A DNA stretch of 63,237 nt, counting the filler, from Choristocarpus tenellus KU-1152 (lineage: Eukaryota > Protista > Phaeophyceae): the NCBI GenBank assembly GCA_964200185.2. It is 10 parts of 10 records of this genome, joined end to end, with 100 filler letters (N's around TTAATTAATTAA, not from the genome) between each part and the next. Parts side by side here need not be neighbours in the genome. Positions count along the whole stretch, not along the records: positions 11,233 to 13,964 come from CAXNAD020025234.1; positions 14,065 to 18,720 come from CAXNAD020013601.1; positions 18,821 to 24,436 come from CAXNAD020010241.1; positions 24,537 to 39,323 come from CAXNAD020001114.1; 6 more parts are not named here. One strand, 5' to 3'. A program made the position numbers and the translations under genes. Positions 11,233 through 24,636 of the stretch are shown in pieces. The notes beneath the pieces are model-generated. The model was given only the letters and a program-made list of their open reading frames with translations, was not told the origin of the DNA and made no database searches. Position 1 is the first letter of the stretch. Each line of letters opens with the position of its first letter.

Positions 11233-12780
11233 TTTTTTGCTTTTGAGCTGTGTCTTTTGTTTTAGGCAGGGTGGGGGGGGGGGGGGGGTTATATAGCTTG
11301 GAATGCGTGTTTTCATTTGGCTTTGTTCACTGTCAGTGACTTGCAGTGTTGTACCAGTACCAAATAATATTATTGAATTGCCATTTGAGGAACGGTATGA
11401 CAAACTACTGTGAAAGAAAACAATGGTGATGTGAAGTACATGGTATATATATATATGTATGTATGCATGTGTGTGTCTATTATGTTGGCAGTATACCTTA
11501 TTTTGTCATATACGGATCACTGACCCCCCCCCGGATATCTGTTTGGCAAGAATCTTTGAATTGCCCTCAAAATCACAGACCCGATCATCTCTTTGGCTAT
11601 TTTTGGTGCTATGACTTACAACATTTACAATGCTTTATCGTGGGTGGGGGGAGGGGGGTGATTTTTTTGTTCTTGTCCTTGTCCTCTCTATTGTCGTGGA
11701 AGGGCTTTGAGGAAGTGTTTTTGAGTAGCAGTGTAATCTCTCTGCTGTGGAATGCCTGCAATAACGCCTGTCTTGGTAATGGTTTTTGACACAGAGAGTA
11801 GGCGTTCCAACCATCATATATTCAGCTGTTGAGCTGGGAACAATTTTTTGTTTGTTTGTGGTGTGTGATGGGTGCAAACCTGAGTGCCAGCTGGAATTAT
11901 ACATGTGTGGGGCGGATTGGGCAGACTGCTGCTGCTCAATTCAACAATTTTCTGGCATCACCTGAAGGTTTATCTGTGTTGGTGGCAAAGGGGTGGTGGG
12001 AGTTGATGGCATTGAAGGCGGTAGGTATGTTGTGAAAGGTGTCACTCAAGGTGCCTGCACACATGTAATTTTTTTTGTAAGAGGCAAGGAGACTGCCATG
12101 CTCGGAAGAGGAGTGTGGACACTCCTGACTGAGGTGGGTATGAAGCACCAGTGAGGCTGACGTGACGGCTGCATAATGGCTTTGAAGTCCTTGTTGCTTC
12201 CCATTGTCCACAATGATAAGAGTGTCTGAGTAAATGTCATTGGAGGTATGTTGAATAGCTGCAAGGAATTGGCTGGTGTTGTGGCTAAGGTTTTTTGGGA
12301 AAACATTCAAAGTGGCCACTTACATTATCAAGGAGGGACAATGCCTGGGGTACATACTAGAAGACCTGATGCACCACACAGGTTTTCTACGCAATTTGGC
12401 AGGCTGTATCTATCATTGATGCTATTAACTTACCACTTTGCTTGTCTTTCCCAAAGATCTTATACACAGCACCAGTCAATCAATCTGAAGCAGACAATTG
12501 GTTTTGAAAACTGAACTCTCAAGGGCAAGTGACAACAACCTATCACCCATGGCGTAACTGCCATGCTACCATCGTTGGTCCTGCATGACCAACTCAGTCG
12601 GGAGTTCCACACCCCTATCCCTAACCCTAACCCTTCAAGAAGAAGGTTATTGTTGCCTCTATTAACAACATAAAGTACAGTGTACGTGAGATAAGAGGGC
12701 TGTGGACACCATGACGCACGCCTTCGCAATATTTAGTGAGATGTTGACTGGGGTCATCAGTCAGAGTGTGGACTTTAGGA

Positions 12781-12939
12781 GGAGATGCCAGTAGGGACTG
12801 GCAATTAGAGTATTTAGAAAATTTTTGGAAAACCTAGAGTGCCTAGAAGTTGCCCTTGAGAGAACAGATTTGTTTCCCTAACTGTTTTGTAGAATGGAAG
12901 GGCAACGCCTTCCTTTGCTAGTCCTACTGGAAACCCCCC
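12781..12939. mobile_element. Candidate small TIR element (third MITE type)
   Basis: Left GGAGATGCCAGTAGGGACTGGCAA is an imperfect inverted repeat of right TTGCTAGTCCTACTGGAAACCCCC. Single copy in this window; no clear TSD. Confidence 0.4.
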
Positions 12940-13964
12940 TTTGCGGGGTCAACAGATAAATCCCTGGGGGAATTAGGCCTCAGTAGCTTTGGAGTACTAC
13001 CTCTTGAAGAAGTCAGGGTGTAGTTGATGTGTAGTTGATCTCTGGCTTTGTCCTGTTGATGATGTTCTTGTCACCTTGAACAAAGGCCTACTACTGTGAT
13101 GCTAGCTTTTGTTCTAGGTGCTACGAGGTTTTGTCTAATTTCACTAATGGTGTAGAGAGAGTGTGTAACCTTGCTTGTTCACAACCTCTTGGTGCCAGAG
13201 ACTGAAACACCTGCTTGAGTGTGCCCTGGGTGCTTTGTTCTGGTAGATGGGACGTGTTGACTCCAGTGCTCCCTTCAGTGTTTCTTTTTTGTTGTAACGG
13301 GATTTAAAAAGAAAATGTGCTCAACAGGAGCAATTTTGAATCGTTTTTTTTTTTTGTGTGTGTGTGTTTTTTGTATTATGTATTATATTTATTTAATTAT
13401 AGAGCGTTATTCTAATCAAACCACTTGTACAGAATACTATAATGATCATAATCACAATGCCTCCAAGAATTGTTCGCGAACAGCGAGCCCTCGCTCCTCT
13501 TCCCACGAATACGATTGGTCAATCAGTTGCCGCACATCACTTCGGTCAAAACAGTTTGCAGGGTTAGGGTTAGGCATTAGGCTATTAATGCACGAGATGG
13601 TATCAAATCTTCAACAACAACAACAAAATGCAGAGGCCTTGCAATAACCCACTATGATGTGAGGTGTATATATATACACTAAAGTTGCAGCGAAATCCGA
13701 CTTTTGTCTTATCTATTCTACACCGTGCACAATTAATCCGCAAGAAACGCCTTCCCAATGCAGTATTTTTTTAATCCCTGCAGACAGTTTGAACTGGTGC
13801 TGAATGTCAACAGAGGAAAGAATGTACAATTTGTTTACTTCCACTTAACCCCCCCCCCCTCCTTGTGTCCTCTTATTGTCCGTCTCCTACGCAATTTCAT
13901 GACATTTCAACTCTTAGGGTTAGGGTTACATATATCTATATATATATATATATAAATATATACA

Positions 13965-14064
13965 NNNNNNNNNNNNNNNNNNNNNNNNNNNNNNNNNNNN
14001 NNNNNNNNTTAATTAATTAANNNNNNNNNNNNNNNNNNNNNNNNNNNNNNNNNNNNNNNNNNNN
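13965..14064. other. Artificial contig linker
   Basis: 44 N + TTAATTAATTAA + 44 N. Confidence 0.98.
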
Positions 14065-15799
14065 TTATCCCAGTCAATTTTGGGTCAAGCCCATCCTCAA
14101 TGAAAAGCTCCATCCTCAATTTTTGAAATCGGCTGTTACTTGTGGCTGTTTGAAAATTTGATAAAGAATATAAACTAAATACACACCATGATTCAAGTAA
14201 TCACAAGCGGATACTGATAGCGGCATGCAAGTGACCTTTCTGGGGGCTTTTCCCTTCCTTCTACTCTGGCACCGTACACAGGTCTTCCTAGGCTCAGATA
14301 CCTATGCTCTCATTGGTTGGATTTGTGTTGCCTTTCATTTCCATCAGTGTATCTCCTCGGACATAACCTACCCTCTCCTGTGCTGTTTCACTTGTTTCCG
14401 TCCAACCCTTCACTCTCGCCTTTCTACAATCCGACCTTATCAGAAGATAAGAATGTGCCCGAATTGTTCGGAGCTTATTACAGTTAAGTGGTCAAATCTC
14501 CCGAATGACCTCATCCTTCATTGCCCAAGATATACATTCAATAAGAAGATTAATACCATCAAGCTGGCAAAGATCAGGTGTGAGAGTTCATGCGGTGCTA
14601 GACCCCATGGCATTCTCATCCTGTGATGCGCACAGCCTTCCTCTCATCAGTCCAGACAATGTGAGCCAGGTTCATAGAGCGTAGTGATTGTCATCAATAC
14701 CTAATATACATATATATATATATATACATATTTATAAATAATTGGCACTGAGAAGAAATCTTCCATAACTACTTCGTGCTCACAGACTTCTTATTCAAGG
14801 GACTTGGTGGATTCGAATACGTGAAGCACTCCACCCAACCCGACCCTTCTCCTCCACTCTCCCAAACCATTAGTGCCTGGCTCTCTTTGGGGTGAGAAGA
14901 AATGAAATTGGTCCGGAAAGGTCCCATGTCAGACGGACATCAAGACTCTGTCTGAAGCGAACGTAGTGAACACTGTTTTGACAATGGGGCAACATTCCAA
15001 AATTGCGCCAATAGAGAACACTATACTATTCTCTTATTGCTTCCTAATACTACAATATTTCTTGTTGCAAAATGTGGCCATGGAATCAACACGATTCTAT
15101 CAAGTTGAAGATGACTGGCACTGAACAAGATGGAGGAGGGATTAGATTTGATTGGATATTTTGTTTCATGTATGCGCATTGTGCCCTCTGCTCGAGGCTG
15201 TGTGATTGGCGGTGTACTTGAGTATGTGGATCCCCCTGCACAAACACACCTTTTGTGAACTCATCAAAGACTTACCTCCCCACCGCATGAACCCTTCTCA
15301 TCCCCCCTCCTTGTGCTTGGGTCACCTGTCCTTATTGAATGGGATACATGTCTGACTTGTGGTTCATAGAGGTTGATATCCTCGAGCATAGCACCGATTC
15401 AAGAGGGAGTATTCTAGGCTTGTGAGGATTCTCTCTGGATGTTGTTTGGTGTACGTGGAGAACAAGCAGTCTAAAAAAGCCGCCCCCAACCCAAGATGAC
15501 AATTGTCTCCACTGCTACTTGAGAGACCTATTGATACATGTAGCATATATGTGCATTTATAGTGTGAACGGCGGTGTGGTAATAGCAGTACACGCTGCAA
15601 GGAGAGTTTGCTGTCAGCAGCACTTGAGTTTCTCAAAGCACACATTGTTCTCCAATTTCCTTTCAGTAGCCAGTACTCCGTAATAGGTAGGTGCTCTTTT
15701 GAGTGTTGCACACAGCACTGTCGTTCCATCACGTGGATATGGGGTTTACACTCTATTTTGGAGGTGTACTTGCAGTGCAGATTCTTTCATGCTGGAGAC

Positions 15800-18400
15800 T
15801 TTGTGCAAATCCAAAATTATAGCCAAACACTGTCCATCTTCCGGATCAGTATTGTTGGGGTAAGGATCAATGAGCATTACATTTCCGAGAAAATGGCCAT
15901 AGCACACAGTGTCTCTTATTTTCTCTCTCGAATGCTTGTGCAGATGCCTTTTTTGTGCCTACTGAAGGCGGACTCCTTACCTCCCTATGCTCTCTCTCTT
16001 TTAACCAACTTGTGGGCAACTCCATGCACGCACCAAATATTTGCCTCAACTTAGCAGGTAGTCAAGAGCCTTGATGATGATTGGGTGGCATCAATCAGGA
16101 ACCTCTACTCAAAAGGCCATGGGCGGTTCAACTCCACAACACGACAAACAAGGAGCAAGGAGGTTGTCGGCAACGCCAGTACGTCACTGGAGGTAAGGGG
16201 TGCCATTTCTCGACTTCAGTATGACACACCTCAACTTGAAATATTCAATGCATTCAACTCGTTCATTGCAAAGGCTAAGCCAAGTCCTCATTTGGCTCGA
16301 AGAATCTGGGGGGCGTGGGCGGGGTCTATAGCATAGTGTCCATTCGGGCCCTGACCAGGAGAAAAGTTCTTACATTATCCATCCAACACATGCAACCAAA
16401 TCACCCAAAAATTGCGACATGGAAAAACGAACTCCCGCAACCCCCCAAAGTTACTTTAAGCCATTTGGTAGGTTAGTGGTTTGGTGTGGTTTGGACAGGT
16501 CCCACCTGCCAGTTCTTCTAACGACTGCGACCCTACAATACTATGCCCGTCCCCCTCAGCTTTGCAATGGTTCAGGTTCATGTACTGCATATCTCAAACA
16601 GGCAGATCAGGATTTGTGGGTAACCTTTTGAATTTGATGCTTTGAGCTTGAGCTCTTGCTTGGGTGGAGCTCCAAATAATACCACCAATTTCTGAGAGTG
16701 TCAGTTGCAATCTCAACACTTGCAAGGCAAAGTGAAGAACATTAAGAAAACGTGCTTAAGTTGAGGGAACTCTCATATACTCAAAGTTAGCTGATATTTC
16801 ATGCACACACGTGTGGGTGTTTTTGTGCTGGAAAGAATATACTGCCGGCTTGAACAAGGTGTCACACCTCCCACATAGAGGATGTCAAACCTGCTCTACA
16901 TAATCCCTCTCGTTGCCCTTGTTTAGCTTGATGTATTTGGGGCTGGTGGACATGATTTGCAAAGAATGTTGCGCTTGCTCTAGACGCTTTTCATTTCCTT
17001 GAGGCATTTCGAGAGAATTTGAAACGTTGTGATAGAGATCCTGGAGGATATACAGTATTTTTCGCGCCTATGATTTTCATTCTCCCCATTTCACAAGAAA
17101 TGATCTTGAATGTGAACTTTATTGCGTTACCTGCGCAAACAGACTGATGTCACATAGACCACGCCATGCCACATTTGAGGGGTACAAGATGAAATGATTC
17201 AAAAAGTGCCAATTCCAAACAATGGAATTCAAACCTCTGACTCTTTCACATACATTCGATACAATAGCTCTACTTGTCTAGTTTCATCCTCTTCTATCCC
17301 CTCAATCTCAAGCTCGTCATTGCTATGGGTGCTATTGTTGCAACACACTACCGACTACAATACCTCCACTACAGGGTGGTATAGAATCGGCCCGTTTTCT
17401 TGGTTCTCCGCCAACTAAATCCTGATTTGTTGCTGATTTTGGCAGCCCACAAAATAATTACATGTTAGTGGAACGGCTTATGATGCCATGCTCCTTACCG
17501 GTAACATTATACGCAATCTGTTTTATCTTGTCAACTGCTTCTTGGGTAGTCATACCACACCTCCGATCAAACCCTCAAACCCCATACATTGTTTAAACCA
17601 TGGCACTGGTGGGATAGATAGATGGCGTGGGGCAGCTCAACCCTAGTTGGAGGCTCAACTCATGTCCATGTAGTGGTCGATATCAAATAGAAGCCCGATA
17701 CAAGCGGCTGTGTGGGTTGTTCATTAGGGGGCAGGAGGTAGGACTTACTTACGTGGCAGAAGGGAGAAGGCAAGATACCTCCTCACTAGGTTGTGGTCAT
17801 CCACAATGGTACTATGGTATCATTCACAACATAAGAATCTCACCGGTGCCTTCCCTTTTTGCTGCCCCTCCACGTTTGTCAGACCCCTACTACTAGTACA
17901 TGCCCTGGCTCTGGGGACGAGACAGCATCTGAATGGAGATACTGCTTGCGAGTGGTTGTCAATCAGATCGACACCACCATCAGTGGTAAGCTCTATCGCC
18001 ATTACTATACAGATGCATGTCAAGCATCAGGGTCCATACCGCCACACACAGGGAGGGCAAAGCCTGTGTGTAAGCATTTTGACAACGACGGGAACTTCTC
18101 ACTCAAGGCATAAGCTGATGTCTTGAGGGAAGCAAGCAGCAAAGGCAACCTGTTATTTTATTCCCTCATGAAGGTTCCACACAATCCAGCCTAACTGGGT
18201 CGGCATCTAAAGCCCAAGGTGCAGGTAGGCAGGTTACTTATTTCCTTTCCTTCAATATTCACCATCAGCATTTACGATCCATCTCCTGCCACGAACGTCA
18301 AAACCTGCTCATTTGTGCAGTGTGTTGACTATGGAAATGTTGCAGCATGCTCTGGTGTGGTGGAGAAGACTCTTTGTCACTACTCCTTTTGTTGCTGTTA
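15800..18400 (+). mobile_element. Heavily decayed CRE-like non-LTR retrotransposon (RT + restriction-like endonuclease)
   Basis: Fragments in the expected order: RQYVTGGKG (~16175, cf. QyGvG..gG), QLEIFNAFNS (~16232, cf. RT motif D..NAFN), a Cys-containing segment TCPGSGD..RYCLRVVVNQ (~17895) and ISIYDP...EKTLCHY (~18265-18385, cf. RLE D...P...K..hY). Many stops and frameshifts; boundaries are approximate. Confidence 0.5.
16294..16462. mobile_element. MITE family 2 (~180 bp), old copy inserted in the retroelement
   Basis: GGCTCGAAGAATCTGGG...GTTACTTTAAGCC with ATTT/ATTT 4-bp TSD. Confidence 0.75.
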
Positions 18401-18681
18401 TTGTTTGTGTGCATATGTGTGTACATGTTCCTGCGATGGTTGATGTGATGTATTGAGTGGGTTTTTGTGTGTGTTTGAACGAATCTGTATGTTATACGTT
18501 GGCTGTATTGGCCCTGTATGTGATAGTGAATCCGTACCACTGTTGAGGTTGGGCACGGTTCAAGCTAGATTCGTACCAGCTTTGGGACTGATACTTTTGA
18601 AGAGTTTGGTCGTGCCATTTCGTAAACTTGAGCGGATCTAGTGGGGTGTTCCAATGGTTACTGAAGAATGCCTCAAGTTCA

Positions 18682-18720
18682 GGCTCAAATTATCTGAGGG
18701 GGGTGGCGGCTGTCCATTTG
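18682..18720. mobile_element. MITE family 2, truncated at contig end
   Basis: GGCTCAAATTATCTGAGGGGGGTGGCGGCTGTCCATTTG. Confidence 0.75.
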
Positions 18721-18820
18721 NNNNNNNNNNNNNNNNNNNNNNNNNNNNNNNNNNNNNNNNNNNNTTAATTAATTAANNNNNNNNNNNNNNNNNNNNNNNN
18801 NNNNNNNNNNNNNNNNNNNN
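18721..18820. other. Artificial contig linker
   Basis: 44 N + TTAATTAATTAA + 44 N. Confidence 0.98.
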
Positions 18821-19059
18821 CCCCCCCCTCCCAGATACTTTGGACCTGTCTAGGAAAAGCCAAACCAACATCACAAGGACCCCTGTTAAAGATATCTCTC
18901 TAAAATCTGATTATTATTTGAATACCAGTTATACTACAAACATTCTCTTGATCCTTTGAAAGTACAATGTTATGTGCACATTGCTTCTATGCCTTCAACA
19001 TAGCTTAGCCCTACACAACTGGGCGAGGAGGTAGGGGAGCATCCCGACAATCTGACAGG

Positions 19060-19215
19060 TCCCTCCTTGCTTGGAACGCATGACACGTCTTGAGAGAGCC
19101 ACTTGTGTAGTTATAGACACTGTATGTCGTAAGTAGGATTTGACAGCCTCTTTCCTGCTATAACCTCCCATTCCTCTCCTTCTTACTGCGTGTGTAGCCA
19201 ATTCATTCACATATT
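19060..19215 (-). mobile_element. 3' fragment of a CRE-like non-LTR retrotransposon ORF
   Basis: VNELATHAVRRRGMGGYSRKEAVKSYLRHTVSITTQVALSRRV resembles the C-terminal helix after the RLE domain (L...vS.t.Q.A.srr) as I recall it from algal non-LTR elements. Confidence 0.45.
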
Positions 19216-21817
19216 TATATCGGAGACAACATGGAATCAACCCCCCAAAATATAACCTTTTGTCAGTCGTACACTCACCCCTTTGAATAAATTACTTACT
19301 ACAGAAAAAAAAACAATTTGTTATATGCTACTGGCTGGTCCCCTCGGATTGGTCACTTACAAAAAAATAACAATAAAATATACAAAGAAAAAGTTAAACC
19401 CACAGCCCACCCCCATTCCCACCCCTCACAACTCGAACCCCCACAACCAACAAAAAGGCAGCTCAGGCACACCCTGCCAGTACAACACTTCTGTTCCACA
19501 AGTGGGATGACTTCCCCGCATACCCCCTACAAGATATTACCTCTGTTGAAAAGCTTAGTGCATGAAAAGGCTCATCACCCAAAGCCGCTGGTTGAGTTGC
19601 ATGGTGAACACACACCGAATATTAATTATCTACTAGGCCTTGGTCTTAGACATCAATTATATCTGACGTATGACCAAAGACTGACCCATCATGCCGCTAT
19701 GTACGTTACTACTTTGTGTTGTACCGAACTAAGTATAAACATACATTAAACTATGTTATATACTCTTGTATCAGCACAAACAAGGTAAGGATAACTCTAG
19801 GTTATTCGACAACCTCCGTAAGGAATGCGTCTGCACATCCCCCAACACTCCAGGGTTCTACACTGAAATGGTTTGTCCCTGTTGTCTTGTGGACAATATC
19901 TATATGCATATGTGTGTGTCTGTCACGAACAGGAGAGATGAAAGATGAGGAATACCTCCTAGCAATCCCTAGAGACGCACCATCTTCTAAACCCAACACC
20001 ACACTACTAAACGGTCGATTTAAGAGCTTCCTTGACATTCTGAAGCAGGATTCCAACAGGGAGCACACATGCCAGGTCTTCCGCTCCATTCTCTAGCAGC
20101 GATAACTTTGAACTTTCAACACCAAGTCAGATAAGTTGAAATCTTCTCCGGAAAACGGACCCCTTCTACCAAGGATCAGGCAGGAGAGAGAGGAACAGCC
20201 CGTTATGTCTGTTGTTACCATTTGAGCCTCTACATCTCTGTTTCGAATTCCCAAAGTAACACAAGCTCATCGCAGACAAAATGCCTATACATGCGTCCTC
20301 CTTCCAACTATACCCCGCTTGTTTACATCACATGTTCGGGTACATTCTCATCCTGTACTTGAAGGGAAATGGGGAAAAGGAAACAAGAAGATGCTCGAGA
20401 GTGCAAAAAACACATCCACTTCTGTGACTTCCAGTCCTGCCAGAATGGAAAAGTGTGCGACACGGAAGAGGTCAACCCTGCCTTGCAGAGTCCGTAAAAT
20501 ATTATGGACTTCCTTTTGTGAGTTACCACCGCCCAAAACTCGACTTCTCCTGTCCAATGTACTGGTGGTTGTATTATTGTCCTTTGCTCCATATATTCAC
20601 ACTCTCCATACCATCCACATTGGTCCTGCGTTTTCCCTTTTCCCTCTTCTTCGCTTAGAGTCCCCCCTCTCTCGGTTTGCTTCCTCTTAGTCAAGGAACA
20701 CACATTGGATTGACGAATACAACTATACTGTGGCCTTGACATGCACACGTCCCCCAACCTGTTCATCTCAATTTAACTGAAAGCTTCCGAGGTGTAAGAG
20801 GCCAAACCTTGAGCTCATTGGTACAGAAAATACGGTTACGGACAAGGGTTATGCGACCTCTTGTTTAGACAGGACCTGTGAGAGGAGCAGCTAGAAGGAG
20901 TACTCAATCTGTAAGTGCCCTTGCATGCTCAAGTCTCAGGCTCAAGTGACCTAGAATATGCTTGCCAATGCCTACTTACACATTGTGGAGGACCAGCAAC
21001 CAGAATTTAAAAACCGCCAAAGAGACAAAAGTAATGCGGATGCCATACTAATATCGCACACATTGTAGTCTATAAACACAACACCTCGGGCGCTTCTACT
21101 AAACCAAACACTTATTCAATATACCAAGATCCTCTTACTCCCAAATCAACTCGTTCTTTGTGTATACAACTCTTCACGTATATTTTCCCCAACGCACATA
21201 CACCCACATGCCATGTAAGCTCTTTCCTGTCAGCTAGGCCACCCTCCCTCAAGGGGGTCGACAAAAGACAAGCAAGAACGGGAGGTTCAAGGAGAAGGTG
21301 CTGACCACAGGTTGAGGGACAAAGCGATTATCAACTCCATCCTTACCCGAATGCATTTCCAGGGAGGACAATTCCCAACTCTGTGGAGGATGGCCAAGAG
21401 GACGATGAGGATGACTACACAGCAACTATGGACAAGCACACAACAAGAGCATGCAAAATGAACCTATAGGTAATGTATATTAAATTATTCTCTCTAAAGT
21501 TAATGAGCACTGCTACTGACTATAATCAAGTCCTCATTTCTTGTTCAACATTCCGCAAAGGAAATTGTTGTAGACATAGGTGTTACGCGTATGTTTTAAC
21601 CCACAAACAGCAAAATAAAACAGAAATTCTCCCATTAAGTACACAAAAAGAATGGGACATAGTCGAGCTTTCAGGTTGCTGTTTTCTGCCTCTTTCTCAA
21701 ATTTTGCTTACCATACGCAACAACACCGCCCTCCCACCAAAACACATCACACAACAACTATTTTTTTTTGTAGGTGTCTTTCCATACGCAGAGAGGTCCC
21801 CAAACTCATTTATGTAA

Positions 21818-22385
21818 TCTTGAAGAAATTTCGTGATACATTTTTTAAACACCACACCACTGCAACCTCGCAGTCCTGATCACAATAAGCTCCATCGCTC
21901 GCCTGCCCAACAAGTGTGTGATAATGGTCACAGACTTACACAACTGCAGTATGATCATTTTCACCAGGACCTGATTCAGCAAGAGTTCTTCGACTTGTTC
22001 TCAAGTGTGATCTAGCCATCGACTGTGTGGATGAAGGACCGAAGCAGGACAGGAAATCACAGGGCCAGATGTAGGCGCACAGCTTTATGATTGTCAGCGC
22101 TGACATTAGCCAAGAGAACCAATTTGTGCAGCTTACACTGGAGAAGCTTGTGAATGATTACATAAAGCCCATGATCCAGGAGTACGTAAAGAAACTGCAG
22201 GTGCTCCATATGTGAACAGCTGGGTGCGGCAGCAAATTCAAGAACCAGTGGGAAATTATGCGAGTTGCAGAGTCCTTCGAGAAGCTTGGATCACAATCAC
22301 AACAGGTTTACCTCCTTCCATAGGAAGGACTTGTCTGATGCACTGGGGACTGTTGTGAAGTCCTCTACTAAAAAACTTGAGTACG
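21818..22385 (+). pseudogene. Decayed DDE transposase (CMC/CACTA-Chapaev-like motif set)
   Basis: Frameshifted motifs in order: FFKHHTTATSQ; VIMVTD..HQDLIQQEFF (cf. DF.ENY..QdeiQ); FMIVSADISQENQFVQ; LHM*TAGCGSKFKN (cf. hiWSDGC.sQFKN); FTSFHRKDLSDALGTVVKS (cf. F.s.HGKg.sDg.G..vK). Additional upstream exon relics may lie at ~19930-20520. Confidence 0.65.
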
Positions 22386-24436
22386 GATCCCGAGGATCTT
22401 GTTCCCAGTCGAGACAATCACAGCTAGGCCCTTAGAATCCTAGAGGGTAGGGGGGTTAGGCTAGGTCGCCCATTTGGAGCTTGATGGGGTATTCTAAGAT
22501 ATCCCAGTTTGATACCCATTTTGCTGGAGATTTTCCTTCCGATTTGGTCCAGGCAGGGGGGTGGAGAAGGAAGCTGAATCCAGAAGAAGGAAGTGGCCCT
22601 TACATGTGACAGGTTCACTCAAATTACATTAAAATTACTACAATTCCACAAACGCCCCGAATGGACATCTGACCCCCTCACTAGGATACTATGAACCTGA
22701 TCAAGACAGAGTAATTTCTTGCGAATTGCTGAGTTTTTTCTTTCACCTATTACTCCGAATGTGCAGAAATGACCACTTATTGCAATATACTCAGATCATG
22801 AGCATCTTCGCCATACAGGACTTTCACCCGTATTTCCGTTTATGGATGTGTGAGTGATTAACCTCAATAACCATCTTCTTCTCCCGTCACTATTTCATCA
22901 TCATAAACTTTCGCCACTGATGGTCTTCACCCATATTTCCTTACTTTGCATGGTGCGCCTAAGCAACTTTATTTTTAGAGGTGTAAACCAACAACGATAA
23001 AATGAAGCATCGAGGGGTAGAAGCACAGCTTCTTCTTCCAAGCACAGCTTCTTCTTCCAAGCACAATCAGATGGTAGGTGCTAAACCATATTCTTCTCCT
23101 TACGAGGCCAACCACACCAGCCAACACAATCCGTATGTCTCGGTCTCCAAGGGCATATAATTCAAAAACAGGTTCATCATCTAACAACAAAGGAATAATA
23201 CCTTTTCTGCGGCGCCAGTGCGTGCAGTGTACGTATGGATGGGCGCACATACGCCTCACTTGAAGCAGATCAACTTTGGGATTTCATCTGCAACCCAGGT
23301 AGATAACATGTTCCTTTAGATCCACCTGTCGACGAAGGAGAGGTAGCTAAAGGTGGGCAATGCTTGCATTGTGCGACTACACAGATGATGGGCTGGGGTT
23401 CCTGTTGTTCACTACTCACAAAAAGGAGGCTGTGGAGTGGAACGTGTTTGACAATCTCTGTGTGAAGATGATGTGTTCTATGATTATGTTTCCTTTGATG
23501 ATATGTATCGATGCTTGGGCTCTGCAATAGACTGAACAGTTCAGTACCATCAACCAGTTTCGACCATTGGCCTGTCCACTACCATTGATTCCTTTCTGCG
23601 CAAGTACCTACAATACATGTATACCGATCTGCAGGGCACATAATCGCAACTTATAGTTGCACTGTTGATGCTGAATGTTAAAACTTGGGAAGAGTCTAAT
23701 CGAACAGGTCCCTCCACGAATTATTTGTGCAGTTCAGTACCATCAACTAGTCAACTAGAGTCTACCGTTGGACTGCCCAGTAGTAATGATACTTTGGTTC
23801 AGAAGTATCCACATCACATGCACACTGCCCTCCAGTGTATATGATCATACCTTCCTGGTACTCTCTGCATTGTTATAGTAAGTCAGATCCATTTTGGTAT
23901 ATCTTCTTCAAGGTACAAAATCAATACGTCACATATGACCTGGTTAAGAATTAGACTCGAGTCGTCTCTTTTACATCCTCTCTTCGGAATTAAATGTAAC
24001 AAACCTCTTGGAACCCCAATGAAGAAGGAAGATTTATTTTCATATGTTCATATTTTATGGGTATATCGTTGAAACACTAATAGGTTGGTTGCCAAAATCT
24101 CAAACAAAATGGGACACCCCACATCAATCTATAATTTTGTCCCTAAGTCCTCCGAAACTCTATTCCAGCACGATATTTTGCCGCACCCACCAAGGCATTG
24201 GGGGGAGTTTGCCCACTTTTCTCAGCCTTTTCCTTGCCAAGATGGGAAATTTGAAGGCGCTATTACCCTTGGACCCCAGCACTTCACCATAGATTTCGAA
24301 GAGGCTCTGCCAAGCGCCGTCTACTGTCTCCCAGGGGTACACATCAAACGGTAACCCTTTTGCCCCAGTCATACACATCATTCACTAATACACCACTTCC
24401 CCCCCTCCTGTGCGTATTGCTGATGACGAAACCCAC

Positions 24437-24536
24437 NNNNNNNNNNNNNNNNNNNNNNNNNNNNNNNNNNNNNNNNNNNNTTAATTAATTAANNNNNNNN
24501 NNNNNNNNNNNNNNNNNNNNNNNNNNNNNNNNNNNN
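24437..24536. other. Artificial contig linker
   Basis: 44 N + TTAATTAATTAA + 44 N. Confidence 0.98.
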
Positions 24537-24636
24537 GTATGAAACCAAATCACACAAAAATCACGTCATGAAAAAATTGACCCCAAATGGACACCCGCCA
24601 ACCCCCCTCCCCCCCCCCCCATAGATGCTTTAAGCC
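24537..24636. mobile_element. MITE family 2, truncated at contig start
   Basis: CCAAATCAC...AAATTGACCCCAAATGGACA...AGATGCTTTAAGCC. Confidence 0.75.
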
